From Halomicrobium mukohataei DSM 12286 (lineage in GTDB: Archaea > Halobacteriota > Halobacteria > Halobacteriales > Haloarculaceae), in the NCBI RefSeq assembly GCF_000023965.1, contig NC_013202.1:300001-332000 (forward strand): a stretch of DNA of 32,000 bases, given 5' to 3'. The notes beneath the pieces are model-generated. The model was not told the origin of the DNA and did not search any database. It was given only the letters and a program-made list of their open reading frames with translations. How positions within the stretch are numbered: position 1 is the stretch's first letter; every line of letters begins with the position of its first letter. A program made the position numbers and the translations under genes. Positions 9,768 through 17,862 of the stretch are shown here, one piece after another.

Positions 9768-9854
9768 GCCGGCGGAGCGGATCAGAAGAACCCGAGGAGC
9801 GGCCTCGACCCGAAGCCGACGGCGTTTTCCGTTCGAACGGGCCTTGAGCCTACT

Positions 9855-11084
9855 GTGACACTCGCGACGCGACTCCGGGGACTGGCCCGCTTCGATGCGC
9901 TCGTGCTGACGGCGTCGCTGTGGTTCATCGGGAAGTTCCTGCGATACGCCTTCCCGCCGCTCTTTGGCACGCTGGGCGAGAGCTACGGCGTCTCGCGGAC
10001 GGTGCTCGGGACCGCATTCACGGGGTTCATGCTCGTCTACGCCGCGATGCAGTTTCCATCGGGTGCGCTGGCCGACCGGCTCGGCTCCGTTCGGGTGATC
10101 GCCGCGGGGGCGGCGCTGGCGGCGACGGGCGCGCTCGTCCTCGTCGTCGACGCACCCTTCGCCGTGCTGGCCGGCGCAATGGTGCTGATGGGGGCAGGGA
10201 CGGGCGCATACAAGACCGTCGCCGTTCGGTTGCTCTCGGGGGTCTATCCAGACCGAACAGGGCGCGCACTGGGCGTGTTCGACACGGTCGGGGCCTTCGG
10301 CGGCGTCGCCGCGCCGGCCGCCGTCGTCGCCGTCGGTGGCGTCTCACTACTCACGGGCGCGCCGTGGCGAACGGTGTTTCTGGCTGGCGGGATCGCGACA
10401 ATCGTGCTGGCGGCGCTGTTCGTCCGTCGCGTGCCCCAGCGACTCTCGTCGCGGGCCGACGACGATGCGACGGCGACGGACGCGACCGGCGATGGAGTCG
10501 CGGTCGGCGACTACCTCACGATGTTCCGCGAATGGCAGTTCGCCGGGTTCGTCGCCGTGACGATCCTGTTTTCGTTCGCCTACAACGGAACGGTCGCGTT
10601 TCTGCCGCTGTATCTCGCCGACGAGACAGCGCTGACAGCGGCGACGGCGAACCTCCTCTTTAGCGCGCTCTTCGTCGTCTCGCTCGTCCAGCTCGTGACT
10701 GGCGAGGCCAGCGACCGCGTCGGGACCGCACCGATGCTGGTGGTGACACTCGCCGTCGCCACCGCGGGACTGGTCGCAGTCCTCGTGTTCTCGGCGACCG
10801 GCGGACCGCTCGCGCTGGGCGGAGCCGTCGTCGCGCTCGGCCTGGGAGCACACGGATATCGGCCGGTCAGGGGTGCGTACCTGATGGCTGTCGTCCCCGA
10901 GGACGTGGCCGGCGGGAGCCTCGGGGTCGTCCGAACGCTGCTGATGGGAGCCGGCGCGGTCGCCCCGGCGATCGTCGGCTGGCTCTCGGACGTGGCGAAC
11001 TTCCAAGTCGCGTTCGGGCTGCTGGCAGCGGCGCTGATCGGCGCGACCGGACTCACGGCGGCGCTGTGGCTGTTCGACCGCTGA
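9855..11084 (+). CDS. MFS transporter
   Basis: 409 aa with about 12 hydrophobic segments. It has an MFS loop 2-3 style motif (GALADRLGSVRV) and a central hydrophilic loop (RLSSRADDDATATDATGDG). The start is a GTG at 9855; there is no nearby in-frame ATG. Confidence 0.85.
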   Translation: MTLATRLRGLARFDALVLTASLWFIGKFLRYAFPPLFGTLGESYGVSRTVLGTAFTGFMLVYAAMQFPSGALADRLGSVRVIAAGAALAATGALVLVVDAPFAVLAGAMVLMGAGTGAYKTVAVRLLSGVYPDRTGRALGVFDTVGAFGGVAAPAAVVAVGGVSLLTGAPWRTVFLAGGIATIVLAALFVRRVPQRLSSRADDDATATDATGDGVAVGDYLTMFREWQFAGFVAVTILFSFAYNGTVAFLPLYLADETALTAATANLLFSALFVVSLVQLVTGEASDRVGTAPMLVVTLAVATAGLVAVLVFSATGGPLALGGAVVALGLGAHGYRPVRGAYLMAVVPEDVAGGSLGVVRTLLMGAGAVAPAIVGWLSDVANFQVAFGLLAAALIGATGLTAALWLFDR

Positions 11085-11642
11085 GCGGGGAGACTGCCGT
11101 GAGCCGAGAGCGCGGTACCTGGCCGGCTCGACGGAACGGGGATCACGTCAGTAGGAACTACGCCAGAGTTTGTTCGTCGAGTATACCATTCGACACACGA
11201 TTCGGGCGGTATCGACAGTAGCTTCGGTTTTCCAACCTCATTTACATCCTATTTCGGAGTGCTAGAGTGAGAGAATGAAACAGGTGAAGAGTTCGAGCCC
11301 TTCATTAGAGTTTTTGGTCGTAGACCAGCTATTCTGTCTACAAAGCAGAGATATGGGTTCCGAATCCACCGTAGGTGCGTGCGTTTGGAGTGTCCAAACG
11401 AGAAGGAGAGGCAGAGCGGGACGCGATCGGTCAGTGCGAGCCCGGAACGCTGGCGTCGACCGGTCGACGGGCGTTCGCGGAGATCGATGGGGAACGGTCT
11501 TCGCTCGATACCGTTCGGTCAGGCCGAACAGAAGAGATTGCCAGCGGTTCCGTGAACCGACGCCTGAAGCGCGCTTCCAGCCGAGGAGCGGGACCGACGA
11601 CCCGTTCGGAGAAGGCGGTATAGTAACAATTGAAACGATTTA

Positions 11643-11688
11643 CACACCGATCGCACTGCCGTCGTGCGATCGGGTGTGCATTGATTTT
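11643..11688 (+). other. strong imperfect hairpin followed by a T4 run (terminator-like or structured-RNA element) in an unannotated gap
   Basis: Arm cacaccgatcgcac (11643-11656) pairs with gtgcgatcgggtgtg (11664-11678). That gives 14 bp with one bulged G and a 7-nt loop tgccgtc. TTTT lies at 11685-11688. Function unknown. Confidence 0.35.
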
Positions 11689-12069
11689 CGATGGCTACTA
11701 TAACAGACCACTCGTCGGCGGCGTTCAGATAACAACAATACGGTCGTTATGTAAGCGAGCAGTCGGCCGCGTCGCCAGAGAAATCTATGCTCGTATTGTT
11801 CGTCTTTCCCGAACACCGCTGTCGTGGAGAACAGCGCGAACGCCCGAAGCGCGGGCCCACGAGTCCAGAACCCGGTGGAGACGGCCAACAGCGGGCCATC
11901 TGCGTTCGTCACCACCGAACGGCAGCGAGAGCGACAGACCGTCGTCTCATACTGCCGGCTGTACGTCTGTGAAGCATATCGCGACCTCGTGGTCGCGAAA
12001 TCTTGAAACAGTTACAGCCAGCAGTATCAGTCGGAAGCTATTTTTCGGCGAGTCGTGATAGCTCGACGC

Positions 12070-12903
12070 ATGGGTACCGGATACACGGCGATGATGTACG
12101 ACCCGACAGACGTCGAGACCGCGATCAGCGACGTCAGTGCCTGTCGGTACGACGGGATCGAGATCGGCCTCGGGAAGGTCCGCGACAACGACACCGCGAC
12201 GCTAAAGCGGTGGCTCGCCGACGCGGACGTCGAGCTGTACTGCGTGATGAGCGAGTGGATCGAGAGCGACGAGGCGGTCGAGCGGATCGTCGAAGACGTG
12301 CCGACGATCGCCGATCTCGGTGCCGAGTTCCTCGGCTTGCTCCCGCCACAGCGAGGGCGACACGACGAAGCGACGGTCGAGGCGTGGTTGACCCGGGTCA
12401 GCGACGCGGCGCTGGACGCCGGCCTGCGTCCGGTCGTCCACCACCACGGCGCGACGGCGGTCGAACGGCCGTCGGAGATCCGCCACTACCTCGACGCCGT
12501 CGACGGGCTAGAGTTGCTCTTCGATACGGCACACTACTACCCGTATAGCGACCACTTCCCCGAGGGCGACGTGACCGACGCCGTCGAGCGGTTCGGCGAC
12601 GACATCGCGTACGTCCACCTCAAGGACGTCGCTCCCGGTCAGGGGTTCGCCGACAACCGGGACGCGCTCACCGACGGGGACTTCCACCTGGACAACGTGA
12701 TCAACTACTTCCGGTCGTTCACGGACCTCGGCGACGGCGTCGTAGCGTTCGGGGCGCTCGCGGACGCCCTCGACGCGGCGGGGTACGAGGGCCACTACAC
12801 GATCGAGATCGAGAACCAGACCGAAAAGCCACTCGTCCACGCCAAGGAGAACATCGACCGCTGGAGGGAGCTGTCGGTCGAGAGAGCGGCCGACGGACGA
12901 TAG
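12070..12903 (+). CDS. xylose-isomerase-like TIM-barrel protein (sugar phosphate isomerase/epimerase family), inosose-dehydratase (IolE)-like
   Basis: Start re-set to the ATG at 12070 (MGTGYTAMMYD). Blocks VVHHHGAT, LLFDTAHY, YVHLKDV, a spacer of about 30 aa, FTDLGDGVVAF and GHYTIEIENQ line up by eye with B. subtilis IolE (YHHHMGT, LLYDTGH, HVHFKDV, VPGDGDLDF, GWIVVEAEQD). The IolE sequence is recalled from memory and was not aligned computationally. Confidence 0.8.
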   Translation: MGTGYTAMMYDPTDVETAISDVSACRYDGIEIGLGKVRDNDTATLKRWLADADVELYCVMSEWIESDEAVERIVEDVPTIADLGAEFLGLLPPQRGRHDEATVEAWLTRVSDAALDAGLRPVVHHHGATAVERPSEIRHYLDAVDGLELLFDTAHYYPYSDHFPEGDVTDAVERFGDDIAYVHLKDVAPGQGFADNRDALTDGDFHLDNVINYFRSFTDLGDGVVAFGALADALDAAGYEGHYTIEIENQTEKPLVHAKENIDRWRELSVERAADGR

Positions 12904-12909
12904 CGCCGA

Positions 12910-14145
12910 TCAGTGCTTTCGGTGGTCCTCGACGGCGTCCCAGTCGAGTTCGACGCCGAGGCCCGGTCCGTCGGGCACCCGAATGCGGCCGTCGCGGATG
13001 AACGGCTCGTCGCGGACGAGCAGGTCGTCCCACCACGAGACTTCGCGGGCGTGGTACTCCAGGGCCACGAAGTTGGGGACCGTCGCACCGACGTGGACCG
13101 TCGCCGCGGTCGCGACGGGACTACCGATGTTGTGGGGGACGAGCGCCTGGTAGTAGGTCTCGGCCAGCTCGGCGATCTTCTTGGTCTCGGCGATGCCCCC
13201 GGTCTTCGGAACGTCCGGAGCGAGGAAGTCGACGGCCTGCTCTGCGACCAGGTCGCGGAAGCCGTGACGGCCGTAGCGGTTCTCGCCGGTCAACAGCGTC
13301 ACGTCGACCCGGCGTTTCAGTTCCCGCATCGCGTCCGTGTTCTCCGGCGGGAGCGGGTCCTCGATCCAGGCCAGATCGTACGGTTCGATCGCGCGACAGA
13401 GTCGCTCTGCCGTCTCGGGACTGAAGTTCCAGTGGAGGTCGACCGCGACCTCGGCGTCGTGTCCGATCTCGTCGGTGACGGCCTCGACGACGCGGCGCTT
13501 GTGTTCGATCTCCGGCGGGTCGAAGTGCCGCGAGAGCGTGTCGATCTCCCGGCCGGAGGGCACGTCGAGGTCGAACTTCACGATGTCGAATCCGTCGTCG
13601 ACGGCCCCGCGGGCCGCCCGTGCGTAGGCCTGGGGATCGTACGTCGAGGCCTCCTGTCCCTCCCTGGCGGACTCGACCATCGCCTCGCCAGCGTGACAGT
13701 CCGCGTAGACGGCGACCGATTCGCGCAGCTTGCCGCCCAGAAGCTGATAGATCGGCTGGTCGAGGAGTTTCCCCGTGGCGTCCCACAGCGCGATCTCGAC
13801 GCCGCTGATCGCGATCGTCCCGATCCCCTGCTGTGAGCCGCGCCCGGAGAGGCTCTCGCGCATGAGGTTGTACAGCCGCTCGACGTCGGTCGGGTTCTCG
13901 CCGACCAGCACCGGTCGGAGGTAGTCGGTGATGACCTCGTGGACGCCCGGCGACGGGTAGCACTCTCCGATCCCGGTGACCCCCTCGCTGGTCTCGACGG
14001 TGACGATCGTCCACGGGAAGTTGCCGTCGACGACCACCGTCTGTACGTCGGTGATCTCGCCCGGCGGACCGTCCGCCCGGCGTGGCTGTTCGTCGAAATC
14101 GGCCCACATCGTCGCTGCGAGCGTCGATGCGAAGTCTTCGTACAT
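12910..14145 (-). CDS. enolase-superfamily sugar-acid dehydratase (mandelate racemase/muconate lactonizing enzyme family; galactonate/mannonate/xylonate-dehydratase-like)
   Basis: 411 aa. The capping domain reads TIVTVETSEGVTGIGECY...SGVEIALWDATGKLLDQPIYQLLGG. Barrel metal and acid-base positions include KFDLD, AVDLHW, WIEDP, LTGENR and LVPHNIGSP. Confidence 0.9.
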   Translation of the reverse strand: MYEDFASTLAATMWADFDEQPRRADGPPGEITDVQTVVVDGNFPWTIVTVETSEGVTGIGECYPSPGVHEVITDYLRPVLVGENPTDVERLYNLMRESLSGRGSQQGIGTIAISGVEIALWDATGKLLDQPIYQLLGGKLRESVAVYADCHAGEAMVESAREGQEASTYDPQAYARAARGAVDDGFDIVKFDLDVPSGREIDTLSRHFDPPEIEHKRRVVEAVTDEIGHDAEVAVDLHWNFSPETAERLCRAIEPYDLAWIEDPLPPENTDAMRELKRRVDVTLLTGENRYGRHGFRDLVAEQAVDFLAPDVPKTGGIAETKKIAELAETYYQALVPHNIGSPVATAATVHVGATVPNFVALEYHAREVSWWDDLLVRDEPFIRDGRIRVPDGPGLGVELDWDAVEDHRKH

Positions 14146-14199
14146 GTGTTGTCGTGTATCGACGTGTGGTTTCGCTTAGTGGTTTCGGTCCGTCTCGCG

Positions 14200-15282
14200 T
14201 CAGTAATCGCCCAGCAGCGGCGCTCCCTGGATCTGTCGGAACAGATCAGCGATCAGGCGCACGTCGGCCCGTCCCTCTTCGAAGGGGGTCCGGACCTCGG
14301 CGTCGCCGCGGATACAGGCGACGAAGTGCTCGACCTCTCGCTTGAAGCTCTCCTCGTAGGCGGGCGTTCGGGTCTCGTCGGAGATCTCGTCGGTACCGCG
14401 CTTGACCCGTACCGACGGCGGCGAGTTCCGGATGAACGGGTCGTCGAAGGACAGTTCGATCATCCCCGTCGGCGAATCGACGCGGACGAACTCCTCGAAC
14501 CACTTGCGGTCCGAGAGCCCGGAATCGAGCGTACACCGCCGGCCGCCCTCGTAGACGAGGTTCGCGGTCGCGTACCGTCCGTCGGCGTACAGGTCGACGT
14601 GGTCGATCGACTCGACGCCGCCGAACAGCCCCCGCAGGAGGTTCACGTCGTGACAGATGTGTTCGAGGTGCCAGTGGTAGTCGTCGGCCAGCTCGTCGTC
14701 GTCGCTGTCGATCACCTGCTTGCTGTCGGCGAGTTGCTTCTCGCGGGTCGTCTCGACGACCGACTCGGGGACCGCGCCGTCGACGAGATCGTACACCGCC
14801 TCGATGTTGCGCCCGTGGTTCGGGTCCACGTCGTAGGCAGTGATCTTGTCGACCCGATCGAGTGCCGCGATCTCCTCGCGGGCGGCCTCGACGGCGGGCG
14901 CGTAGCGCTTGTTGTAGGCGACCATCGCGGTCGCGTCGGCCGCCTCGGCCGCCGAGACCATCCGGTCGGCGTCCGCGACGGAGACCGAGAGCGGTTTCTC
15001 GACGAGCGTGTCGATCTCCGCGCCCAGCGTCGTCTCGACCACGTCGGCGTGCTGGCTCGGCGGCGTCAACACGATCACGGCGTCGAGTTCGTCGCCGCGT
15101 TCGGCGATCATCTCGTCCGCCGACTCGTACCGGTGGGAGACGTTGTAGCGCTCGCCCAGCGTCGTGACCCGCTCGGTGGCGGGGTCGGCCAGCGCGTACA
15201 GCTCCAGATCGGGCAGTTCCGTCACGTACGGGATGTGCATGATCTGAGCGATCGTGCCACACCCGATGATACCAAATCGCAT
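14200..15282 (-). CDS. Gfo/Idh/MocA-family NAD(P)-dependent sugar/cyclitol dehydrogenase
   Basis: Start re-set to the ATG at 15282. It has an MRFGIIGCGTIAQ Rossmann motif and a VEKPL motif. The track ORF from 15393 adds 37 non-coding-looking residues. It lies upstream of the dehydratase on the same strand, 54 nt away, so an operon is likely. Confidence 0.88.
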   Translation of the reverse strand: MRFGIIGCGTIAQIMHIPYVTELPDLELYALADPATERVTTLGERYNVSHRYESADEMIAERGDELDAVIVLTPPSQHADVVETTLGAEIDTLVEKPLSVSVADADRMVSAAEAADATAMVAYNKRYAPAVEAAREEIAALDRVDKITAYDVDPNHGRNIEAVYDLVDGAVPESVVETTREKQLADSKQVIDSDDDELADDYHWHLEHICHDVNLLRGLFGGVESIDHVDLYADGRYATANLVYEGGRRCTLDSGLSDRKWFEEFVRVDSPTGMIELSFDDPFIRNSPPSVRVKRGTDEISDETRTPAYEESFKREVEHFVACIRGDAEVRTPFEEGRADVRLIADLFRQIQGAPLLGDY

Positions 15283-15306
15283 ATACGCCGTATCCGGACA
15301 GTCGGT

Positions 15307-15314
15307 GTTATAAC
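15307..15314 (-). promoter_or_regulatory. TATA-box-like palindrome GTTATAAC upstream of the Gfo/Idh/MocA-dehydratase operon
   Basis: Centred about 28 nt upstream of the ATG at 15282. It lies in the 159-nt divergent intergenic region shared with the aldolase gene. Confidence 0.35.
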
Positions 15315-15441
15315 TTCCGATAGACCGGGTGGCCCCGTCCGCGACCCCGTGATTTATTTGCACTGGCGTCCCAGAGAGGAGACGAAGACACACGGCACAG
15401 CGACCGGCGAGTGCCCAGGAGTCGCTGTGTCATCCCCACAA

Positions 15442-16233
15442 ATGACACACGTCAAAGACGCAATCGAGGCCGGAGAGTCGCCGCTCGGGACGTGGATCTC
15501 CGTCGGCCATCCCACGATCACAGAGGCGATAGCACAGCTCGACATCGACTTCCTCCTCGTCGACATGGAGCACACGACGATGAGCTTAGAGACCGTCGAG
15601 AGCATCGCACGGAGTGTCGACGCCGCCGACGGCGAGACGGAGACGGTCGTCCGGGTCCCGTGGAACGATCCCGTCCGACTGAAGCGCGTCGTCGATATCG
15701 GCGTCGCCGGGGTCATGGTCCCGATGGTCGGGACGGCCGAGGAAGCCCGCGAGCTCGTCCGCGCAGTACGATACCCGCCCGACGGGATCAGGGGGATCGC
15801 GGGCAGCCGAGCGACAGAGTACGGCCGGAACTTCGAGGAGTACGTCGCGAACGCCAACGGGACGCTCCTCACGATCGCACAGATCGAGACCGAGGAGGGA
15901 CTGGAAAACGCCGCCGAGATCGCCGCCGTCGACGGCGTCGACGCCCTGTTCGTCGGCCCCGCAGACCTCTCGGGGGCGCTGGGGAAGTTCGCGGAGTGGG
16001 ACTCCCAGTCGCTCACGACGGCCATGGCGTCGGTCATCGAGGCCGGGAACGACGCGGACGTTCCGGTCGGGACGCTGGTCACCGACCTCGACGACATCGA
16101 CACACGGGTAGAGCAGGGCCACGACTTCCTCATCGCCGGGAAAGACGTCGCACTGCTGATGGACGGCGTCGACGAAGCCATCGACCGATACGACGACGCC
16201 TTCGCGGAGACGACGCCGGCCGAACAGGACTAA
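15442..16233 (+). CDS. HpcH/HpaI-family class II 2-keto-3-deoxy-acid (pyruvate) aldolase
   Basis: This is the real gene inside the 764-aa track ORF 13939..16233. Starting at the ATG at 15442 it reads MTHVKDAIEAGESPLGTWISVGHPTITEAIAQLDIDFLLVDMEHT...VRVPWNDPVRLKRVVDIGVAGVMVPMV...IAQIETEEGLENAAEIAAVDGVDALFVGPADLS. This is typical of the GarL/RhmA/HpcH family. Confidence 0.88.
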   Translation: MTHVKDAIEAGESPLGTWISVGHPTITEAIAQLDIDFLLVDMEHTTMSLETVESIARSVDAADGETETVVRVPWNDPVRLKRVVDIGVAGVMVPMVGTAEEARELVRAVRYPPDGIRGIAGSRATEYGRNFEEYVANANGTLLTIAQIETEEGLENAAEIAAVDGVDALFVGPADLSGALGKFAEWDSQSLTTAMASVIEAGNDADVPVGTLVTDLDDIDTRVEQGHDFLIAGKDVALLMDGVDEAIDRYDDAFAETTPAEQD

Positions 16234-16244
16234 CGGTCGGCGCG

Positions 16245-16264
16245 CTCGAACGTCGGCGTTCGAG
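16245..16264. terminator. 8-bp perfect hairpin between convergent genes (possible bidirectional terminator)
   Basis: CTCGAACG (16245-16252), loop TCGG, CGTTCGAG (16257-16264). It lies in the 46-nt gap between the aldolase stop (16233) and the aldehyde dehydrogenase stop (16280). There is no adjacent T-run. Confidence 0.3.
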
Positions 16265-16279
16265 GCGGACAGCGTCGGA

Positions 16280-17776
16280 CTAGCTGTACCAGCGCTCGAT
16301 CTCGATCGTCTTGTCCGTGTAGAAGGCGACGGCGTCCTCGCCCTGCGCGTGGAGATCACCGAAGAACGACTCCTTCGTGCCCCCGAAGTGGAAGAACCCC
16401 ATCGGCGCGCAGACGCCGACGTTGACGCCGATGTTGCCGGCGTCGACCTCGTATCGGTACTGGCGTGCCTCGCCGCCGTCCTCGGTGAAGATCGAGGAGG
16501 CGTTGCCGTACTCCGTGCCGTTGACCATCTCGATGGCGTCGTCCAGCGACGGCCGGGCGGCGAGACACAGGACCGGGCCGAAGATCTCGGTCTGGGCGAT
16601 CTCCATGTCGGCCGTGACGCCCGCCAGCAGCGTCGGCCCCAGGAAGTTCCCGTCGGGGTAGTCGGGGTGTTCGAACCCGCGTCCGTCGACGACGACCTCC
16701 GCGCCCTCCGCGACGGCCTCGGCGATCAGTTCCGTGACCCGTTCGCGAGACGCGCCGGTGATGAGCGGGCCGACGTCGGTGTCCTCGTCGAGGCCGCGTC
16801 CGACGGTCAGGTCCTCGACCGCATCGACGAGGGCTCCACGCAGCTCGTCGTACACGTCACCGACGGCGACGACCACGTCGTTGGCCAGGCAGCGCTGCCC
16901 GGCGTTGGCGTAGCCCGAGCCGACGATGTTTGGCACCGCCCGGTCGAGTTCGGCCGACGGCGTGACGACCGCGAAGTTCTTCGCGCCGCCCTGGGCCTGG
17001 ACGCGCTTGCCGTGCTGGGCGGCGGTCTCGTAGACGTGTCGAGCGACCGGCGTCGAACCGACGAACGAGACTCCCTCGATACCGTCGTGTTCCAGCAGCG
17101 CGTCGACCGTCTCGACGCCGCCGTTGACGAGAGTGACGACGCCGTCGGGGAACTCGACGGCCTCGATCGCCTCGAAGATGAGCTGTGCGGTGAGCGGCAC
17201 CTTCTCGCTGGGCTTGAGGACGAAGGTGTTCCCCGTCGCGACCGCGTAGGGGAGGAACCACAGCGGGATCATCGCCGGGAAGTTGAACGGCGTGACGGCG
17301 GCGAAGGTCCCCAGTGGCTGGCGGACCGCCGTCTCGTCCATCCCGACGGCGACGTCTTCGACGGTCCCGCTGGCCTCGCGGAGCATGTTCGGGATGCCGG
17401 TGGCGACTTCGACGTTCTCGATCCCGCGGCGGAGCTCCCCGCGGGCCTCCTCGACGGTCTTGCCGTGTTCCCGAGAGAGCGCGTGCGCGATCTGTTCCTC
17501 CCGCGCTTCCAGTTCGTGTTTCAGGTCGAAGAGGTACTGGACCCGCTCGACCGGTGGCGTTCGCCGCCACTCCTCGAAGGCGTCGTTGGCCGTCCGGACC
17601 GCTCGGTCGACGTCGTCGGCGCTGGAAAACGGTACGTCGGCGAGGCGCTCTCCCGTGGCCGGATCGACGACCGGCTGGCCATCCGCCGACCCGGACGCCC
17701 ACTCGCCGCCGACGTAGTTCCGGACGGCGTCGGGGATCGCAGTCGCTGCTGGGGGCTGCTCGTGCTTGCGTGTCAT
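16280..17776 (-). CDS. mmsA: CoA-acylating methylmalonate/malonate-semialdehyde dehydrogenase (MmsA/IolA-type ALDH)
   Basis: 498 aa ALDH. It shows FNFPAMIPLWFLPYAVATGNTFVLKPSEK, GGAKN and GQRCLA (catalytic Cys). The family-specific C-terminus is GVNVGVCAPMGFFHFGGTKESFFGDLHAQGEDAVAFYT. Confidence 0.88.
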   Translation of the reverse strand: MTRKHEQPPAATAIPDAVRNYVGGEWASGSADGQPVVDPATGERLADVPFSSADDVDRAVRTANDAFEEWRRTPPVERVQYLFDLKHELEAREEQIAHALSREHGKTVEEARGELRRGIENVEVATGIPNMLREASGTVEDVAVGMDETAVRQPLGTFAAVTPFNFPAMIPLWFLPYAVATGNTFVLKPSEKVPLTAQLIFEAIEAVEFPDGVVTLVNGGVETVDALLEHDGIEGVSFVGSTPVARHVYETAAQHGKRVQAQGGAKNFAVVTPSAELDRAVPNIVGSGYANAGQRCLANDVVVAVGDVYDELRGALVDAVEDLTVGRGLDEDTDVGPLITGASRERVTELIAEAVAEGAEVVVDGRGFEHPDYPDGNFLGPTLLAGVTADMEIAQTEIFGPVLCLAARPSLDDAIEMVNGTEYGNASSIFTEDGGEARQYRYEVDAGNIGVNVGVCAPMGFFHFGGTKESFFGDLHAQGEDAVAFYTDKTIEIERWYS

Positions 17777-17862
17777 GCGTTGATGGAGTCAGGACGAGAC
17801 CACATAGATGTTACGACAGCGACGTTCCAGAGCCGGGACCGCCGGCAGCGAGCGGCCGCGGC

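Noticed and set aside
11291-11370. Possible tRNA or tRNA fragment (strings gttcgagccc and gggttccgaatccacc resemble T-arm/T-loop sequence)
   Set aside because: Neither can be folded into a 5-bp T-stem with a 7-nt loop. No matching acceptor stem (for example cctacgg) lies about 60 nt upstream. I keep it only as a possible degraded att-like scar within the gap finding.
13939-15441. Upstream 501 codons of the 764-aa track ORF that ends as the HpcH aldolase
   Set aside because: This part is antisense to the dehydratase and Gfo genes and has no family resemblance. The aldolase homology begins at the ATG at 15442.
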